This document shows positions 9,539-18,392 of a stretch of DNA of 64,000 bases, one piece after another. Location of the stretch: contig CAVTZJ010000004.1 of NCBI GenBank assembly GCA_963739205.1, positions 322,369 through 386,368 of the forward strand. Direction: 5' to 3'. The number at the start of each line of letters is the position of its first letter. Within the stretch, counting starts at the first letter, position 1. The position numbers and the translations under genes are program-made. The notes beneath the pieces were generated by a model, which worked only from the letters and a program-made list of their open reading frames with translations, had not been told where the DNA came from and did not search any database. This stretch comes from an uncultured Pseudomonadota bacterium. Its GTDB lineage: Bacteria > Pseudomonadota > Gammaproteobacteria > Burkholderiales > SG8-39.

Positions 9539-10729
9539 ATGAACGCGTCCCATGCGGGGCCTGCAACCGGCGCGCTCCCGCCATGCAAGATCACGCTGGT
9601 CACTCACTTCTTTCCGGCCCACCGGGGCGGCGTGGAGGCCGTGGCCGCGGAAATCGCCGTACGCCTGGCCGCGAGCGGCGCCGCGGAGATTACGTGGTTC
9701 GCAAGCGACACTGACGCGCCGCCGCGAAACGCTCCGGGTCTGCGTTGCGTGCCAGCGCGCAGCTGCAATATCGTGGAGCGCACCCTAGGCTTTCCGTATC
9801 CGGTCTGGAGTCCAAGGGCCCTTGCCCAACTCTGGCGCCAGGTGCGCGCCTGCGACGCGGTCCATCTGCACGATTGCCTGTACTTGCCGAATGTGGTCGC
9901 CTGGCTGGCGGCAGCGGCCGCCCGGCGCCCGGTGGTGATCACGCAGCACGTCGGGCACATTCCGTTCCGCAATCCGCTCCTGAGGTGGATCCTCGCGGGC
10001 GCGAACCGGTTGCTCGGAAAGCTCCTACTTGCGAGATCCGCGCGCACCGTTTTCGTGAGCGAGGCGGTGCTGCGCTACTTCGAGCGCTTCGTCCACTTCC
10101 GCCGCCCGCCGCTGCGCATCGCGAATGGCGTCGATTCCGCCACCTTCTGCCCTGCAAGCGGCGCCGAGAGGGCCAGGCTTCGCGCGCAGCTCGGCGCCGA
10201 TCCCGATCGGCCCTTGCTCTTGTTCGCCGGCCGCTTCGTCGAGAAGAAAGGACTGCGACTCCTGCATCGCCTCGCGCAGGATTTCCCGGACGTGCACTGG
10301 ATCTTTGCCGGCTGGGGGCCATTGGATCCTTCGCAATGGAACCTCCCCAACGTCTCCGTCCGCGGCAACCTGGGTCAGGCGCAGCTGGCGCCCATATACC
10401 AGGCGGCCGATCTGCTCGTGCTACCGAGCGTGGGCGAGGGTTTTCCCCTCGTCGTTCAGGAAGCCATGGCCTGCGGCACCCCGGCCCTGGTGAGCGAGGA
10501 GACGGCAGCGGGCTGCCCCGAAGCGCGCGATCTCCTTCTGCGCGAACCGCTCGGCACCGCCGACTCGGCGGAGCGCTGGCGCACACGGCTGGAGTGCCTG
10601 CTGCGCCAGGGCGACACGCTGCATGCGCTCAGGCCGCGGGTCGCCGAGTTCGCGCGCGCGACCTGGTCTTGGGACCGGACAACGCAGCGCTATTGCGAAA
10701 TCCTGCGGGATGCCGTGAGCCCGAGATGA
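9539..10729 (+). CDS. GT4-family (GT-B fold) glycosyltransferase
   Basis: N-terminal ITLVTHFFPAHRGGVE and C-terminal EGFPLVVQEAMACGTPALVS (E-x7-E region) are typical of GT4. Confidence 0.85.
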   Translation: MNASHAGPATGALPPCKITLVTHFFPAHRGGVEAVAAEIAVRLAASGAAEITWFASDTDAPPRNAPGLRCVPARSCNIVERTLGFPYPVWSPRALAQLWRQVRACDAVHLHDCLYLPNVVAWLAAAAARRPVVITQHVGHIPFRNPLLRWILAGANRLLGKLLLARSARTVFVSEAVLRYFERFVHFRRPPLRIANGVDSATFCPASGAERARLRAQLGADPDRPLLLFAGRFVEKKGLRLLHRLAQDFPDVHWIFAGWGPLDPSQWNLPNVSVRGNLGQAQLAPIYQAADLLVLPSVGEGFPLVVQEAMACGTPALVSEETAAGCPEARDLLLREPLGTADSAERWRTRLECLLRQGDTLHALRPRVAEFARATWSWDRTTQRYCEILRDAVSPR

Positions 10730-12435
10730 CGGCGCAGCTTGCCGCACCCGCGTCCGCGGCCAGGGTCTCCTGGTGCTGGGTTCTTGCCTCCTTCACCGTC
10801 CTTTCGAGCCTAGTGTCGATCATCTTCATTCTCGACGACACTACGTATCCGGATTCGTTGCCGCGACTTTTCATCTTCGAGCATCTGCTGCGGCGTCAGG
10901 ACGTCGGGGGCTCAGTCCTGATCATCGCGCTTGCGGCGGGTGCTTGGATGCTCAGGAAACACGCACCGCCGCTCGACACCGTTCGTCTGCTAGCGCTGAA
11001 CCCGTGGCGCACGGCTGTAGTTGCGTTCTTCATTCTTTGCGCGCTGATGCTCACCGTGGCGCTAAATCACCCGCTTGCAGGGGACGAACATATCGCCCTA
11101 TTCCAGGCCCGGGCATTCGCCGCGGGCCATTTGACGGGAAAATTCCCACGCGACCTCGTATCTCACCTGATTCCCGTGTCGTATCAGCAGCGCTGGCTAA
11201 TCGTCGCGGACGACGGACGCGTGGCCTCGGCCTATTGGCCTGGCTACTCGCTGATTCTGGCGCCGTTCACGCTCGTCGGCGCGCCATGGGCCTGCAACCC
11301 GCTGCTCGCGTCCCTTTCGCTCGTTCTGCTGTCGAAAGTGGCGTCGCGCCTGACCGCGGACCCCCATGCCGGAGGCTGGGCCATGCTGTTCGCGCTGGCA
11401 TCCCCCGGATTCACGGGCATGGCGCTGTCGTACTTCTCGATGACCGCGCAACTGCTTCTGAACCTTTTGTTCGCTTGGCTGCTGCTGCTCGATCGAACGC
11501 GTGCACGGCTTGTCGGCGCTGGCGTCGTCGGCTCGCTCGCGCTGACCCTTAGCAATCCGGTGCCGCACATGCTGTTCGCGCTGCCCTGGGTCGTCTGGAT
11601 CGGCCGGCAGCCCGGCGGACGCCGGCAGCTGATCGCGCTCGGCGCCGGCTACGCCCCTTTCGCCTTGGTCCTCGGTCTCGGGTGGTGGCTCTTCATGCGC
11701 CATCTGCAGGGAACCACGGGCGTGCTGCCCTACGCTGCAGATGGCGACCCAGTCCATCGCCTGGCGAACCTGCTCTGGTACCTGCTGCTCGAGTTCCGGG
11801 TGGTATTCACCTTTCCCGGAGCCGAAACGCTCGCTATGCGGATCGGCGAGCAGGTCCGCCTCTGGAGCTGGGCGGTTCCCGGACTGCCGCTGCTCGCGCT
11901 TGCCGGCTGGTGGGTGCTCGGCCGGCGCGTCGCCGGGCTGCGCCTGTTCGCGTTTTCGCTCGTCGCCACCCTGCTCGGATACCTGTTCGTGAGCTTCGAT
12001 CAGGGCTACGGCTGGGGTGCCCGCTACGTTCATACCGCTTGGAGCGCACTGCCGATCCTGGCTTCGGCAGCCATGGTATCCATTAGCCAAGGCGACGGCG
12101 CTCGCCAGCTCGGGAACTACGTTGCGCGACTCGCGCTCTACAGCTTGGTGTTCGCCACCGCACTGCGCTTGTTCCAGATCCACCTCTTCATGGCGGACCA
12201 GCTGGCACTGCGGCCGCCGTTCGATCGCGGCGCGCGCGAGATCGTCTTCATTGCCCCCAACATTGAGTTCTACGCGCAGGACTTCGTGCAGAACGACCCC
12301 TTCCTGAGGGATCCGGTGATCTTCATGATGTCCCACGGCCGCTTGCGGGACTATCGAGAAGTGATAACGCGACGTTACCCGCACGCCAGGCTCACCTACG
12401 ACGGACCGAACGGCCAGACCTGGAAGCTAAGGTGA
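10726..12435 (+). CDS. ArnT/PMT-like polytopic membrane glycosyltransferase candidate (GT-C)
   Basis: ATG 10726 overlaps the GT4 stop (ATGA). Acidic first-loop motif HPLAGDEHIALFQA. About 12 TM segments. 569 aa. Confidence 0.65.
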   Translation: MTAQLAAPASAARVSWCWVLASFTVLSSLVSIIFILDDTTYPDSLPRLFIFEHLLRRQDVGGSVLIIALAAGAWMLRKHAPPLDTVRLLALNPWRTAVVAFFILCALMLTVALNHPLAGDEHIALFQARAFAAGHLTGKFPRDLVSHLIPVSYQQRWLIVADDGRVASAYWPGYSLILAPFTLVGAPWACNPLLASLSLVLLSKVASRLTADPHAGGWAMLFALASPGFTGMALSYFSMTAQLLLNLLFAWLLLLDRTRARLVGAGVVGSLALTLSNPVPHMLFALPWVVWIGRQPGGRRQLIALGAGYAPFALVLGLGWWLFMRHLQGTTGVLPYAADGDPVHRLANLLWYLLLEFRVVFTFPGAETLAMRIGEQVRLWSWAVPGLPLLALAGWWVLGRRVAGLRLFAFSLVATLLGYLFVSFDQGYGWGARYVHTAWSALPILASAAMVSISQGDGARQLGNYVARLALYSLVFATALRLFQIHLFMADQLALRPPFDRGAREIVFIAPNIEFYAQDFVQNDPFLRDPVIFMMSHGRLRDYREVITRRYPHARLTYDGPNGQTWKLR

Positions 12436-13125
12436 GGCGTTTGCCCGCACCGTGACGCAGATCTCAAGCCGGTTTGGAAGACACCACGCCCAGAGCGAGC
12501 TGCGGTATCGAGCAACCGGAAGAATCGCGCCGGAGCAATCGAGCTCGCGTAGCAGTTCCTCCCATTCGCGCGCTCCCAAGTAGTCTGCGGCCACCATCGC
12601 GCCTCGCGGCGCGTTTCCGAGAAAATCGAGCAGCCAAAGCCGGAAACCGTCGAGCGGCCGGCCGGCCAGGTGGTCCTTGATGACGATGGGCCCTCCGCCG
12701 GTGACGCGCAACGCCTCGCGCAGCAGGCCGATTCTCCCTTCCGGCTTGACATGGTGAAGCACGTTGCAAAAGAGGGCGCAATCGAATGAACGATCGCGAA
12801 AGGGGAGCCGACAACCGTCGAAACGTGCGAACGGAATGGCCAGGTCCGGCAGGGTCCTTCCCGCGACATCCACTCCCGTCACCGATTTCCCGGGCACAAG
12901 CGACGCGATCGCTTCCCCGATCAGGCCGCTACCCGCGCCGATGTCGATGATTCTGCAGGACCCGACGGGGAGCAGAGCCGCCAGATCCAGCATCATCTCT
13001 ATTTGGTAGCGCGGCTTGCGGTAGCGACACCAAGGGTCGCGCCGCACGAAGTGCTCGAGGACCGCCGCCTCGCTCGGAAGCGTATTCCCCCGGGGTCTGC
13101 CAGCCAAAGGCTCCAGAGATTTCAT
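12427..13125 (-). CDS. Class I SAM-dependent methyltransferase
   Basis: IIDIGAGSGLIG motif I, plus FDCALFCNVLHHV. ATG 13125 overlaps the GtrA stop (ATGA). Confidence 0.8.
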   Translation of the reverse strand: MKSLEPLAGRPRGNTLPSEAAVLEHFVRRDPWCRYRKPRYQIEMMLDLAALLPVGSCRIIDIGAGSGLIGEAIASLVPGKSVTGVDVAGRTLPDLAIPFARFDGCRLPFRDRSFDCALFCNVLHHVKPEGRIGLLREALRVTGGGPIVIKDHLAGRPLDGFRLWLLDFLGNAPRGAMVAADYLGAREWEELLRELDCSGAILPVARYRSSLWAWCLPNRLEICVTVRANASP

Positions 13126-13517
13126 CCCGCTTGGCGGCTTCCCCGGGCACGACGAACGCGCAGCGCCCACCTGCTTGCCGCAAAATTGAACGCGAACAAC
13201 AGGACCGTGACCAGAGGCGATGCCAAAGGCACCGACATCCCGCCGAGATCGACAAACACATACATGCCCGCAATCGAAAGCGGAAGATTCGCGCTCGCCG
13301 TGAAAGCGTAGCGGGCGAAGGAAGTTCGGCTCTGCTCCGCCTGTTCAAAGGTCCAGCCGCTGTGCAGCCGATAGCCGAGCGTCACGACAATGCAGAACGA
13401 CAGCACCGACGAAACCGCATAATGCAGGCCCACCCAGTCGCCGACGATCATGATTACGTTGTGCAGCAGCGCACAGGCGAGGCCAACGAGCAGGAAGCGG
13501 CTGAGAACCAGGTGCAT
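13122..13517 (-). CDS. GtrA-family small membrane protein (putative polyprenyl-phosphate-sugar flippase)
   Basis: 131 aa with four hydrophobic segments (MHLVLSRFLLVGLACALLHNVIMIVG...). GtrA-like size and topology. Confidence 0.75.
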   Translation of the reverse strand: MHLVLSRFLLVGLACALLHNVIMIVGDWVGLHYAVSSVLSFCIVVTLGYRLHSGWTFEQAEQSRTSFARYAFTASANLPLSIAGMYVFVDLGGMSVPLASPLVTVLLFAFNFAASRWALRVRRARGSRQAG

Positions 13518-13523
13518 ACGACC

Positions 13524-14219
13524 TCAATCGCCTCGACGGAACAGGCTGACGTAAACGCAGGCGTTATTCGCCGTGACTGCTTTTGGCGTTATCCGCTCTT
13601 CGATCCATGCGCGGATATTCATGGGCACCGTGACCAGCGCGCAGAGTGCACCGCCCAGCAGAGGAATCTTGCGCAGGAAATGCCCTATGCCCAGGATCCG
13701 AAATACCGTCGTCCACGCCAACGGGCCGACGACGGGGAACATCGCCACGCGCTCGAAGCCGCGCGACTCGATCTCGCGCAGCAGTCCTTCGGCGGTCCAG
13801 CGGCGGAAATCGTGCGGATGGGGGTGGTAGGGCCAAGTGCCGTGCGTCGACAGGAGCAACCGGCCTCCCTTTCGCAGCACGCGGCGCGCCTCGCCCAGGT
13901 ATGTGGCGAGGTCCCACACGTGCTCGAGCACCTGGAAGGAGGCGACCACGTCGTATTCGGCATCGCCGCAGTCGAGCGTACCGTCGCCGCGGATCCGCAC
14001 TTCGTGCGCTGCGTCTATGTCCGCGCCGCGGTAGTGCGCGCCCGCGGCGGCGAACCACGGCTCATACGGACGCGTGCCGCATCCGAAATCGAGCGCCCGC
14101 GCGCCCTGCAACCCGAGGGCCGGATCGGCGAGCACGCAATGCAGGACGCGCGCCATCTCCCGCAGCACCAGCCAGTCCGCCTGCCAGATCCTCGGCGCGG
14201 CACGTCGGTCGTCGTGCAT
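13524..14219 (-). CDS. Class I SAM-dependent methyltransferase with hydrophobic C-terminus
   Basis: ALDFGCGTRPY motif I, YDVVASFQVLEHV, RVLRKGGRLLLSTHG. Internal ATG 14219 lies 4 nt after the upstream stop. Confidence 0.8.
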   Translation of the reverse strand: MHDDRRAAPRIWQADWLVLREMARVLHCVLADPALGLQGARALDFGCGTRPYEPWFAAAGAHYRGADIDAAHEVRIRGDGTLDCGDAEYDVVASFQVLEHVWDLATYLGEARRVLRKGGRLLLSTHGTWPYHPHPHDFRRWTAEGLLREIESRGFERVAMFPVVGPLAWTTVFRILGIGHFLRKIPLLGGALCALVTVPMNIRAWIEERITPKAVTANNACVYVSLFRRGD

Positions 14220-14223
14220 AGCT

Positions 14224-16170
14224 TCAACTCTCTCCGGGGACTTTGCCGGTACTCGAACGACACTCTGCGGGACGCGGCGCCAGGTCGCTTTCCCACGCCG
14301 ACAGCCTCCCAAGATCGATATGCCGGCCGGTTCGCAGAAAATTCAGAATCACGTGATCGCCGAAAGCTTCCAGCCGCGCGTCGAACTCCGTGTAGTTGCG
14401 CGACCATCCGTTCAGGAATGGTTCGGTCACGGCTGTCTGCCCCCGAAATAGGCTTGGACAAGCCCTTTCGATCCGGTCGAAAAGCGTAGAAACCCGATGC
14501 TCCTCCTTCGCCTCGGCTGGGTCGCGCGCCACGGGGCGGAGCCCGCAACTCGCCGCCGATAGCGCCTCGTGCGGCGGCAGCGGGCGCACGATCCGGTTCG
14601 CCAGGCGGGAAAGTTCGTCGCCGACCTCGGGCCGCCATGCAATCGTGAAACAGTCTTCCGGATCCACGCGCAAGCCGATGCGTTCGAGCGTCCGGTCATA
14701 GGCCTGCAGGGCTGCAACAGGCGGTCGGCCAGCAACGGGCACGATATCGCGGCCAAGTACGCGCACGTGCCCGCGATAGCGCTCGAGCAATGCGGCCAGC
14801 CTCGGCGAATCTGGAGGAAGGCTGTGCTGGCCTCGGAAGTTCACGAACGACGACTCCGGGTTCAGAAACGGCGCAATCACGGCCAATGGAAGCACCTCGA
14901 CCGTGAGGTAGAGCGCGGGTTCGCGCAGCGCGCGCTGCGGCACATCATACTCGAGCCAGCGCTTCGACCACGGCTCCGCAATGAACCACCGGGCCGGCGA
15001 CGCGATGACCGTCATGCCGACCTGAAGCACGAGTAGCAGTACGAGGACAATGCGAGCTGCGATGGGCGGCAGTACGCGCTCGACGAGGCGCGCAAGACAC
15101 ACGCCTGCGAGCAGAAGCACGAGCAGCCCATAGCGCGCGTTCGCGGAGCTCGCGAGCCACAGCGCGAACGCGAGGCCGAAGAAGGCAAACACGCGCCAGT
15201 CCGGGCCGCGCAATGCGCTTTCGCGGCCCCCTCCGCGTATCGCTGCCACCGCGGGTAGGCCGACAGCTACGGCAAGCAGTGCCGCGAACCGCAGGTCGGG
15301 GGCGAAGTTCTCGGAGTAGAGGCTGCGGTCCAGTGAAATCATGCGGAAGGGAAATCTGAGCAATCCCCTCAAGCCGTCGACGCCGAAGCGGTCGCCTACC
15401 TGGTTGACGACCGGCCAGTACGGCGACCGGAACCAGGCGTTCATGAGCGGAAACACGGGATTGCCGAATTCGCGCTGCATCAGAGCGAGCCACGGGCCGG
15501 CCAGGACGCCGACCGCCAGGACGCCTCCGGCGGCGTAGCCGAGGCAGGCACGCCACTTCGACATGCCCCGCATCCCCGGCATCACCGCAGCGAGCGGCAG
15601 CGCCGCGAGCCCGAAGATCGCAGCCGAGTACTTGAGGGCAGCCGCGACGCCGAACAGCACGCCTGCGAGCACCGCGCGGCGCACGGCGTTTCCCGGTGCT
15701 TCGTCCACCAGCAGCAGTAATCCCGCGAGCATGGGGGGAATGATCAGGGGGTCCAAAAAAGAGGTGCCGATCGTCTCCCACAGCACTGCAGTGGCCGCAC
15801 CCAGAGCGGCAGCCAGGAGCGAGAGAACCGTCCGGTCGGTACGCTCTCGATGCGCGAACAGCCTCCAGGCGAGCAGATAGAGCAACGGCAAAGACAGGCT
15901 GTGCATCAGTGCAAGCACGATCGACACGATGGCGCTGTGCCATCCTGCGGACACCATCAGGTAGAAGGGGACGTAGCCCGCAGGGTTGAGATAGCTCTGC
16001 GCGCTCGCTGCGAAAAAGTCCCGCCCGACGCGCTGGTCGAGCCACTCGTACGGAATGTAGTAGTGGTAATTGAGAAGGTCCCAGTTGAGGTCCTTGCCGG
16101 CGTAGAGCGTCCACACCGCGCAAAGCACGGCGGGCAGGGCAAAGACCCAGACGCGCCGCGAGGCGCCCAC
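14224..16170 (-). CDS. Polytopic membrane protein (648 aa) with ~250-aa soluble C-terminal domain; GT-C-like candidate, family unassigned
   Basis: GTG start shares 1 nt with the upstream stop. N-terminal loop is GKDLNWDLLNYHYYIPYEWLDQRVGRDFF. More than 12 TM segments. Confidence 0.65.
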   Translation of the reverse strand: MGASRRVWVFALPAVLCAVWTLYAGKDLNWDLLNYHYYIPYEWLDQRVGRDFFAASAQSYLNPAGYVPFYLMVSAGWHSAIVSIVLALMHSLSLPLLYLLAWRLFAHRERTDRTVLSLLAAALGAATAVLWETIGTSFLDPLIIPPMLAGLLLLVDEAPGNAVRRAVLAGVLFGVAAALKYSAAIFGLAALPLAAVMPGMRGMSKWRACLGYAAGGVLAVGVLAGPWLALMQREFGNPVFPLMNAWFRSPYWPVVNQVGDRFGVDGLRGLLRFPFRMISLDRSLYSENFAPDLRFAALLAVAVGLPAVAAIRGGGRESALRGPDWRVFAFFGLAFALWLASSANARYGLLVLLLAGVCLARLVERVLPPIAARIVLVLLLVLQVGMTVIASPARWFIAEPWSKRWLEYDVPQRALREPALYLTVEVLPLAVIAPFLNPESSFVNFRGQHSLPPDSPRLAALLERYRGHVRVLGRDIVPVAGRPPVAALQAYDRTLERIGLRVDPEDCFTIAWRPEVGDELSRLANRIVRPLPPHEALSAASCGLRPVARDPAEAKEEHRVSTLFDRIERACPSLFRGQTAVTEPFLNGWSRNYTEFDARLEAFGDHVILNFLRTGRHIDLGRLSAWESDLAPRPAECRSSTGKVPGES

Positions 16171-18242
16171 TACTGCCCTCTGAGCAGCCGCTCGCGCCGC
16201 TCCATGTCCTGGCGCAGCGCGTTCAGCGCAGTCTCGTCTCCCACTTGATGGTAGAGATCCTCGAGCACCGCGACCGCATCGTTATCCGGCGACGGCCAGA
16301 CTGAGACCGCGTTCTTGAAATCTTCGATCGCGCCCACCTTGTCGCCGGCATTTAGACGCAGCACCGCCCGGATGCCAAAGATCCTCGACACATAGGACTT
16401 CCGGACATCGGGCGGCATGAGGCCGCGAGCTCGATTCAGGAGCGCATAGACGTCGCCCGCCGCATAGCCGTTCTTGTTCACGATCAGCCCTTCCGCCAAC
16501 CCGAGCGCGCCGTAGAAGTCGTCCGCCAGTGCCGCAACGTCGCGCTTCGTACGCTCGTCCAGCAGCTCGGGCTTTTGCAGGTCGAGCCCGAGCAGTGCCG
16601 CGTATTGGCGCCGCAGATCGTCCTGCTGAGACGCGATCCAGGCGTTATTGTCGTGCGTGTTCAGAATCGAAGCCTCGAAGAAGTGCTGCAGCTCGGGCGG
16701 TATGTCGACGACGACGTGCTTCGGATCGGTGGTCGACTTGTCTACGAGGTTGTACAGCCAGCGGTCGCGCCGCCCGTAGCCCCCGAAGCGCATCGTCGTC
16801 AAGGCAATCGGTCCATTGTGCTGGTCGATGAACTCGCGCAGCTTGGCCTGTATTTCCTTTTCGGTTGCAGTAAAGGGCGAGAACAGTCGGTTCCCGAGGA
16901 CCAGGCCCCTCCACTGGTACAGCGTGATGTCGGGCCGCTCGTGCTCGATCAGGTGGAAGTAGGCGATCGTGGCCATGTCGAACTCGGTGCCCACGAAGAC
17001 GGTCGCATTCTGCGGAAGCGTGCGCAGCACGGCATGCGCGTAGCGCTTGGCCCAGTCGTAGTGCTCGAGGAGATTGGTTCTGCTGCCCACGAACAGAATG
17101 AGCGCGAGCAGCGCGCCGACAAAGCCTACCGAGGGCGCGGCGCGAAGCGAAAACCTGTCTCGCAACCAGGCGAAACCCAGCCCCAGCCACAGCGCCAAGA
17201 TCGCGTAGGCCGGCAGCGGGTACACGTGATAGACATGCGCCGACACCGAGTCGTAGTCGAAGTCGAGCAGCAACAGCAGCACCAGCGAGGGTCCGAGGAA
17301 GGCCACGACGAGAAACGCACTGACTCGATTGCCGAAGGTTCGGCGCAGGTTCGCGACGCCCGCAGCCGCGACAAGCGTGCCGAGCACCGCGAACTGGACG
17401 AGCAGCTGCTCGCCCAGGAAACGGATGAACTTGACGTGGTCGAGCCAGTTCGCCGATAGCGAGACGTCCACCCCGCGATAGCCGGCGCGGGTGACGAAAA
17501 ACCAGAACTTTGGGAAGGTGTCCAACGGCCCATCGAAGCTGATCGGCAGCGGCATTAGCGACCGGTACACCATCCACGCGTACGGCAGCAGGCCGAGCAC
17601 CACCAGCCACAGGAGCAGCGGTAGCTGCTTCAGAAGCTCGGCCCTCCTCGGCCAGAGGAGGACGACAAATGCCGGCGCCACGAGCACCATCAGCGGCCAG
17701 TGGTTGCTCATGCCGAGTCCGAACAGAAATGCCATCGTCGGCAGAATGAAGCGATCGCTGCGATCGGGCGGCGCGTTCGGCGGGCAGGCGCGCAGGCCGA
17801 GGTAGACCAGCACGAGCAGGAAGAAGGTGTTTAACGTGTAGGTTCCCTTGGCGATGATGGCCTGCGACCAGAACACCGGTGAAAAGCCGAGCGCGAATGC
17901 CGCGAGGTAGGCAGGCATCCGCCCCGGAATCAGGCGCCGCGCGACCAGCCAGGCGGCAGAGCCGCTGAGCGCGCCGAAGAACGCACTCGCGAGATGCACG
18001 CGGTACGCGACGGAGCCGAACGGCAGCTTCGAGAACAGGTGGCCAATCAGCGTATACAGCGGGTATCCAGGCGGATGCTCGATCCCGAGAAAATAACTCG
18101 ACAGGATGAACAGTCCGTCGTCCTCGAGGGAAACCGTGCGCGGCGACGTGGCCGCATAAAGAGCGAACAGCACGACGGCGACCAGACCTGCCTGAAGCCA
18201 GTCTGCACGCTTTGCTCGGAAGGACTGTGGTGGCGCCAGCAT
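16170..18242 (-). CDS. DUF2723 / TMEM260-like GT-C membrane protein with C-terminal TPR-like domain
   Basis: RTVSLEDDGLFILSSYFLGIEHPPGYPLYTLIGHLF is the hallmark N-terminal DUF2723 block. The C-terminal ~200 aa are helical-repeat/TPR-like. Confidence 0.75.
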   Translation of the reverse strand: MLAPPQSFRAKRADWLQAGLVAVVLFALYAATSPRTVSLEDDGLFILSSYFLGIEHPPGYPLYTLIGHLFSKLPFGSVAYRVHLASAFFGALSGSAAWLVARRLIPGRMPAYLAAFALGFSPVFWSQAIIAKGTYTLNTFFLLVLVYLGLRACPPNAPPDRSDRFILPTMAFLFGLGMSNHWPLMVLVAPAFVVLLWPRRAELLKQLPLLLWLVVLGLLPYAWMVYRSLMPLPISFDGPLDTFPKFWFFVTRAGYRGVDVSLSANWLDHVKFIRFLGEQLLVQFAVLGTLVAAAGVANLRRTFGNRVSAFLVVAFLGPSLVLLLLLDFDYDSVSAHVYHVYPLPAYAILALWLGLGFAWLRDRFSLRAAPSVGFVGALLALILFVGSRTNLLEHYDWAKRYAHAVLRTLPQNATVFVGTEFDMATIAYFHLIEHERPDITLYQWRGLVLGNRLFSPFTATEKEIQAKLREFIDQHNGPIALTTMRFGGYGRRDRWLYNLVDKSTTDPKHVVVDIPPELQHFFEASILNTHDNNAWIASQQDDLRRQYAALLGLDLQKPELLDERTKRDVAALADDFYGALGLAEGLIVNKNGYAAGDVYALLNRARGLMPPDVRKSYVSRIFGIRAVLRLNAGDKVGAIEDFKNAVSVWPSPDNDAVAVLEDLYHQVGDETALNALRQDMERRERLLRGQ

Positions 18243-18392
18243 CAGCGCGGCCCCGCGACCGGGCCGTGCCGGGCGATCGAGGTGGAAATCGTATTTACAG
18301 ACAAATCTCGCGCCATCGCCGGATGGTACAGGAACGAGGCGAGAAGCTCCGCGAACGACCTTGCGCCCATCGATGAGACGCCGCGCCGGGAC

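Noticed and set aside
18242-18370. 42-codon ORF (MGARSFAELLASFLYHPAMARDLSVNTISTSIARHGPVAGPR) in the 150-nt gap between the YfhO-like and DUF2723-like genes. Its stop shares one base with the DUF2723 ATG.
   Set aside because: It has no convincing RBS, no hydrophobic or otherwise recognisable character, and could be chance in GC-rich DNA. It is worth a look only if ribosome profiling or conservation supports it.
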